IMG/VR virus record: IMGVR_UViG_3300044591_001448
Span: 1-30,049 of that record
Origin: a virus
Lineage: Duplodnaviria > Caudoviricetes
Reading direction: 5' to 3' (one strand)
DNA length: 30,049 nt
The translations under genes and the position numbers were made by a program. Numbering within the stretch: position 1 is the first letter of the stretch; the number at the start of each line of letters is the position of its first letter. Below the pieces are notes generated by a model. It saw nothing but the letters and a program-made list of their open reading frames with translations. It made no database searches and was not told the origin of the DNA. Shown one piece after another: positions 26,794-30,049 of the stretch.

Positions 26794-27935
26794 GGGAAGG
26801 AGCCTGGTTCCCTGCTGGCAAAGAGGTTGACAAATTTGAAAAGCAATTCTCCCGCAAGTTTGGATTCAACTCCTCACTGATGGTGAACAGCGGCAGCTCT
26901 GCCAACCTGGTCATGGTTGCCGCCCTTAAGAAGTACTTTGGTTGGGCAGATGGCTCCGAAGTGATTGTTAGCGTGGTTGGTTTCCCAACGACAATTAACC
27001 CAATCCTGCAAAACAATCTGGTCCCTAAGTTTGTTGATATCACTTGGGACGACCTGAATTGGGATCTGGATCAAGTTGAAAATGCAATCAACAGCAAAAC
27101 AGTAGCTGTTTTCAGCAGCCCAGTGCTAGGCAACAGCTACGACCTGGACCGACTGCTTGAAATCTGCGACAAAAACAAGATCCAATACATTGCCGACAAC
27201 TGCGATTCCCTTGGTTCCAAGTGGCGTGATGATTACCTGACCGCCAATGCAGTTGCTGCATCTTGCTCCTTCTATCCAGCGCATCACATCACAACGATGG
27301 AAGGGGGTATGGTGTCCTCCAACATCCCGGAAGTTGTTACGCTTGCACGGCAGTTTGCCTGGTGGGGCCGCGATTGTTATTGCGTTGGCGCCTGCAATCA
27401 GCTGATCAACGGTAGTTGCGGCAAGCGTTTTGACAAGTGGCTCCCTGGTTATGACGGGATTGTTGATCACAAGTATGTGTTCAGCCAGATCGGTTACAAC
27501 TTGAAACCCCTGGATCTACAAGGAGCCGTGGGTCAAGTTCAGCTTTCTAAATTTGAGGAAATCCACACAAAGCGTCGCTATAACTACAAACAAATCAAAG
27601 AGATCCTTGCGTTATTAGGTACAGAAGTTCGTGTTGTTGACGAGCAACCCGAAGCAGAAACCTCCTGGTTTGGTGTGCCTATTGTTTGTAACAATGCAAA
27701 AGTCAAGGAAGGTCTTCAGCTTTGGTTAGAAGAGAACGGAGTGCAAACCCGTAATTACTTCGCAGGCAACCTACTGCTCCATCCTGCGTATCGGCACTTA
27801 GGTGAGGCAAAGAATTATCCCAATGCTTACCAAGTTCTTAAGAATGTGTTCTTTATGGGTACTGCACCTACGCTGACCAAAGAAAACCTGGATTACATTT
27901 CTGAAGTTGTTGGTGAATATTCCCTACAAAAGTAG
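26718..27935 (+). CDS. rfbH: NDP-4-keto-6-deoxyglucose 3-dehydrase E1 (RfbH/DdhC, DegT/DnrJ fold)
   Basis: VNSGSSANL, SFYPAHHITTMEGG (His in place of the Schiff-base Lys), Fe-S Cys motif WGRDCYC...C....CGKRF, DHKY...GYNLK. Confidence 0.88.
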   Translation: MSKSKVLYSGPYFDGAEVEAAIASLREGAWFPAGKEVDKFEKQFSRKFGFNSSLMVNSGSSANLVMVAALKKYFGWADGSEVIVSVVGFPTTINPILQNNLVPKFVDITWDDLNWDLDQVENAINSKTVAVFSSPVLGNSYDLDRLLEICDKNKIQYIADNCDSLGSKWRDDYLTANAVAASCSFYPAHHITTMEGGMVSSNIPEVVTLARQFAWWGRDCYCVGACNQLINGSCGKRFDKWLPGYDGIVDHKYVFSQIGYNLKPLDLQGAVGQVQLSKFEEIHTKRRYNYKQIKEILALLGTEVRVVDEQPEAETSWFGVPIVCNNAKVKEGLQLWLEENGVQTRNYFAGNLLLHPAYRHLGEAKNYPNAYQVLKNVFFMGTAPTLTKENLDYISEVVGEYSLQK

Positions 27936-28044
27936 GAAGCCAACCGAACTAGCAGTCAAACGTAACTGTGCCAAACTATAAGTAGATCAACTGTCTACCA
28001 TGCTTGGCACAGTCGTTATAGTAAGGGAACCAACAGCATCCGAA

Positions 28045-28242
28045 ATGGCGCTTTCAAATCAAGTAAAAGAAGCAGTCAAACTTGCGACCGACAACCTTCG
28101 GGATGCTTTGGCATTTGCTGCACGAGCCGAACACCCTATTACCATCAATGCCATCTCTGATATTTTAATGCGCCTTGAATCACTAGAATGCATGGATGAA
28201 TTGATGGAAAAGTTTGGACGGCCCCAAAGCCCGAGCTTATAA
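28045..28242 (+). CDS. Conserved cyanophage-type hypothetical protein
   Basis: MALSNQVKEA...LRDALAFAAR.E.P pattern. The ORF track starts it at 28000. Confidence 0.65.
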   Translation: MALSNQVKEAVKLATDNLRDALAFAARAEHPITINAISDILMRLESLECMDELMEKFGRPQSPSL

Positions 28243-28330
28243 ATTACCAACGGAAGAAGAACGGCTAGAGAAATTCCTTGGCCAATTAGATTCCGTTTTT
28301 CCTGGCCTGCCAAACCCATATGAACCGCGC

Positions 28331-28882
28331 ATGAAGGTTTATCCTTTAAGTTTTGATGGCGTCAAGCTAATCACAGTTGATCGTTACGAAGATCAGCGCG
28401 GAACGTTTTCAGACCACTGGCACGAGATCAAACATAAGGAGATCTTTGGCGACGTTACGTTCAAGCAAGATTCTTATGTGATCTCAAACCGTGGTGTGAT
28501 TCGTGGCCTGCACTACCAGATCCCACCTCATGACCAGGGGAAATTGGTGCGTTGCATCCGTGGCAGCATCCAAGATGTTGTGGTTGATCTGCGCAAAAGC
28601 TCCGAAACATTTGGGCACTGGTTGCAGGTCAGGCTTGATGGAGACATCAGGCACCAGGATATGTTGTGGATCCCACCTGGCCTTGCCCATGGGTATTGCG
28701 TTCTTGGTGATCGAGCAGATGTGCTGTACAAGATGACGCAAGTGCATGATGTTGAGCACGAGCGTACACTGCTCTGGAACGATAAAGACCTAGATATACC
28801 TTGGGAAAAAGCAAGGGTACCAATCCTTTCAGACAAAGATAAAAAGGGAACTCCGTTTAAACAAGCTGATCTTTTTGACTAA
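28331..28882 (+). CDS. rmlC: dTDP-4-dehydrorhamnose 3,5-epimerase-like protein
   Basis: D.RG.F, RGLHYQ, QGKLVRC..G...DV.VDLR.SS.TFG.W, WIPPGLAHG, LS.KD. The frame is open upstream to TTG 28214. Confidence 0.9.
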   Translation: MKVYPLSFDGVKLITVDRYEDQRGTFSDHWHEIKHKEIFGDVTFKQDSYVISNRGVIRGLHYQIPPHDQGKLVRCIRGSIQDVVVDLRKSSETFGHWLQVRLDGDIRHQDMLWIPPGLAHGYCVLGDRADVLYKMTQVHDVEHERTLLWNDKDLDIPWEKARVPILSDKDKKGTPFKQADLFD

Positions 28883-28891
28883 TATAAACAC

Positions 28892-29863
28892 ATGGAAAAA
28901 ATTCTTGTCACCGGCGGTGCCGGTTTTATTGGACGGCATTTGATTAAGCGCCTGTTAACCACAACAGATGCGATGATCTACAGCTTTGACAAGTTGGGAT
29001 ATGCCAGTAATGCAGCAGAGTTGAATACCTATCCTGATGCGCATAATCGCTACCAGCTGTTGCCGTACAACCTGGTAGACGAGGGTACTATTGAAGAATG
29101 GATTAAGATCCTGCAACCCAGCAAAATCTTTCATCTAGCCGCTGAAAGCCACGTAGACAATTCCATTCGTTCACCAAAAGATTTCATCTATAGCAATATT
29201 GTTGGAACATTTAATCTCCTGGAGGCATGCCGCATTTATCTTGAAGACCCGTTTAAGTTCTTACATGTCAGTACCGATGAAGTGTTTGGTTCTCTTCATC
29301 CAGACACTGTTGATACTTACTTCGTTGAGACAACACCCTATAACCCACGTTCCCCATACTCAGCCAGCAAAGCAGCCAGTGACCACCTTGTGATGGCCTG
29401 GTACAACACCTATAAGTTTCCGGCGGTCATTACAAATTGCAGCAATAACTACGGTCCTGGACAGCATCCAGAGAAGTTGATACCCATGACTATTACCAAT
29501 GCATTGAAGGGGGAGAAGATTACGATCCATGGAAAAGGAGGTAACATCCGTGACTGGCTTCATGTTGAAGATCATATTGATGCTCTTCTTCTTGTTATGA
29601 AGAAAGGTGTGATCGGTCAGCAGTATTGCATTGGAGGAGACGGAGAAAAAACCAACATGGAAGTTGTCACAACCATCTGTCAACTGCTGGATGAACTACG
29701 ACCAGAGCATGCTCCCCATAGCCAACTAATCAAACATGTCAAGGATCGTCCTGGTAATGACCTGAAGTATGCCATTGATCCAACTAAGATTAGGAATCTT
29801 GGCTGGAACGCCAAGATTAATTTTGAAACAGGATTAAAGAAATTGATTGAGGGTTACTTATAA
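28892..29863 (+). CDS. rmlB: dTDP-glucose 4,6-dehydratase
   Basis: VTGGAGFIG, HLAAESHVD, STDEV, YSASK, NCSNNYGP, RDWLHVEDH, DRPG.D. Confidence 0.95.
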   Translation: MEKILVTGGAGFIGRHLIKRLLTTTDAMIYSFDKLGYASNAAELNTYPDAHNRYQLLPYNLVDEGTIEEWIKILQPSKIFHLAAESHVDNSIRSPKDFIYSNIVGTFNLLEACRIYLEDPFKFLHVSTDEVFGSLHPDTVDTYFVETTPYNPRSPYSASKAASDHLVMAWYNTYKFPAVITNCSNNYGPGQHPEKLIPMTITNALKGEKITIHGKGGNIRDWLHVEDHIDALLLVMKKGVIGQQYCIGGDGEKTNMEVVTTICQLLDELRPEHAPHSQLIKHVKDRPGNDLKYAIDPTKIRNLGWNAKINFETGLKKLIEGYL

Positions 29864-29883
29864 TAAAGAAAAACATTAGTTTT

Positions 29884-30049
29884 GTGTCGCAAGATAATAG
29901 TAAATATACAAAGCCTGGTTTACGCGAGAACATTAAAGATCGCGTGATGTCCGGATCGAAAGGTGGTAAGCCGGGTCAGTGGTCTGCACGCAAGGCCCAG
30001 CTTGTTGCTCAAGAGTATGAGAAAGCAGGTGGGGGATATAAGGGAGGCA
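29884..30049 (+). CDS. DUF5872-like phage protein, 3'-truncated
   Basis: Read by hand from GTG 29884: MSQDNSKYTKPGLRENIKDRVMSGSKGGKPGQWSARKAQLVAQEYEKAGGGYKGG. TATAAT at 29859-29864. Confidence 0.75.
   Translation, partial: MSQDNSKYTKPGLRENIKDRVMSGSKGGKPGQWSARKAQLVAQEYEKAGGGYKGG

Overview
This window looks like part of a tailed dsDNA phage genome, most likely a cyanophage. The host inference rests on NblA-like, HLIP, CP12-like, cyanobacterial-type dcd and SpeD genes. From left to right it holds: the 3' part of a large virion-type protein, small basic phage proteins, an HNH endonuclease, a GH24 lysozyme, an NblA-like gene, DUF3310, dCTP deaminase, an atypical DNA methyltransferase and an HTH protein. 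Next come a 1513-aa repeat-rich tail fibre with an S74 chaperone, a FkbM methyltransferase split by one in-frame TGA, two glycosyltransferases and a GH73/C39 endolysin. A leftward block encodes a holin-like peptide, a 44-aa mini-CP12, a GT4, a degenerate HNH-like protein, a candidate origin, SAM decarboxylase, a Prim-Pol/D5 primase-helicase and a PD-(D/E)XK nuclease. The last rightward block encodes an HLIP and a deoxysugar cluster (GT2, SDR, RfbH/E1, RmlC, RmlB). The best candidate for a new system is phage-encoded 3,6-dideoxyhexose synthesis plus glycosylation, possibly decorating the tail fibre. Other notable items are the mini-CP12, the TGA-split FkbM, a hairpin covering the lysozyme start codon, and a ~38-aa module shared by both lysins. 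All family calls come from motif recognition by eye; no database searches were run.
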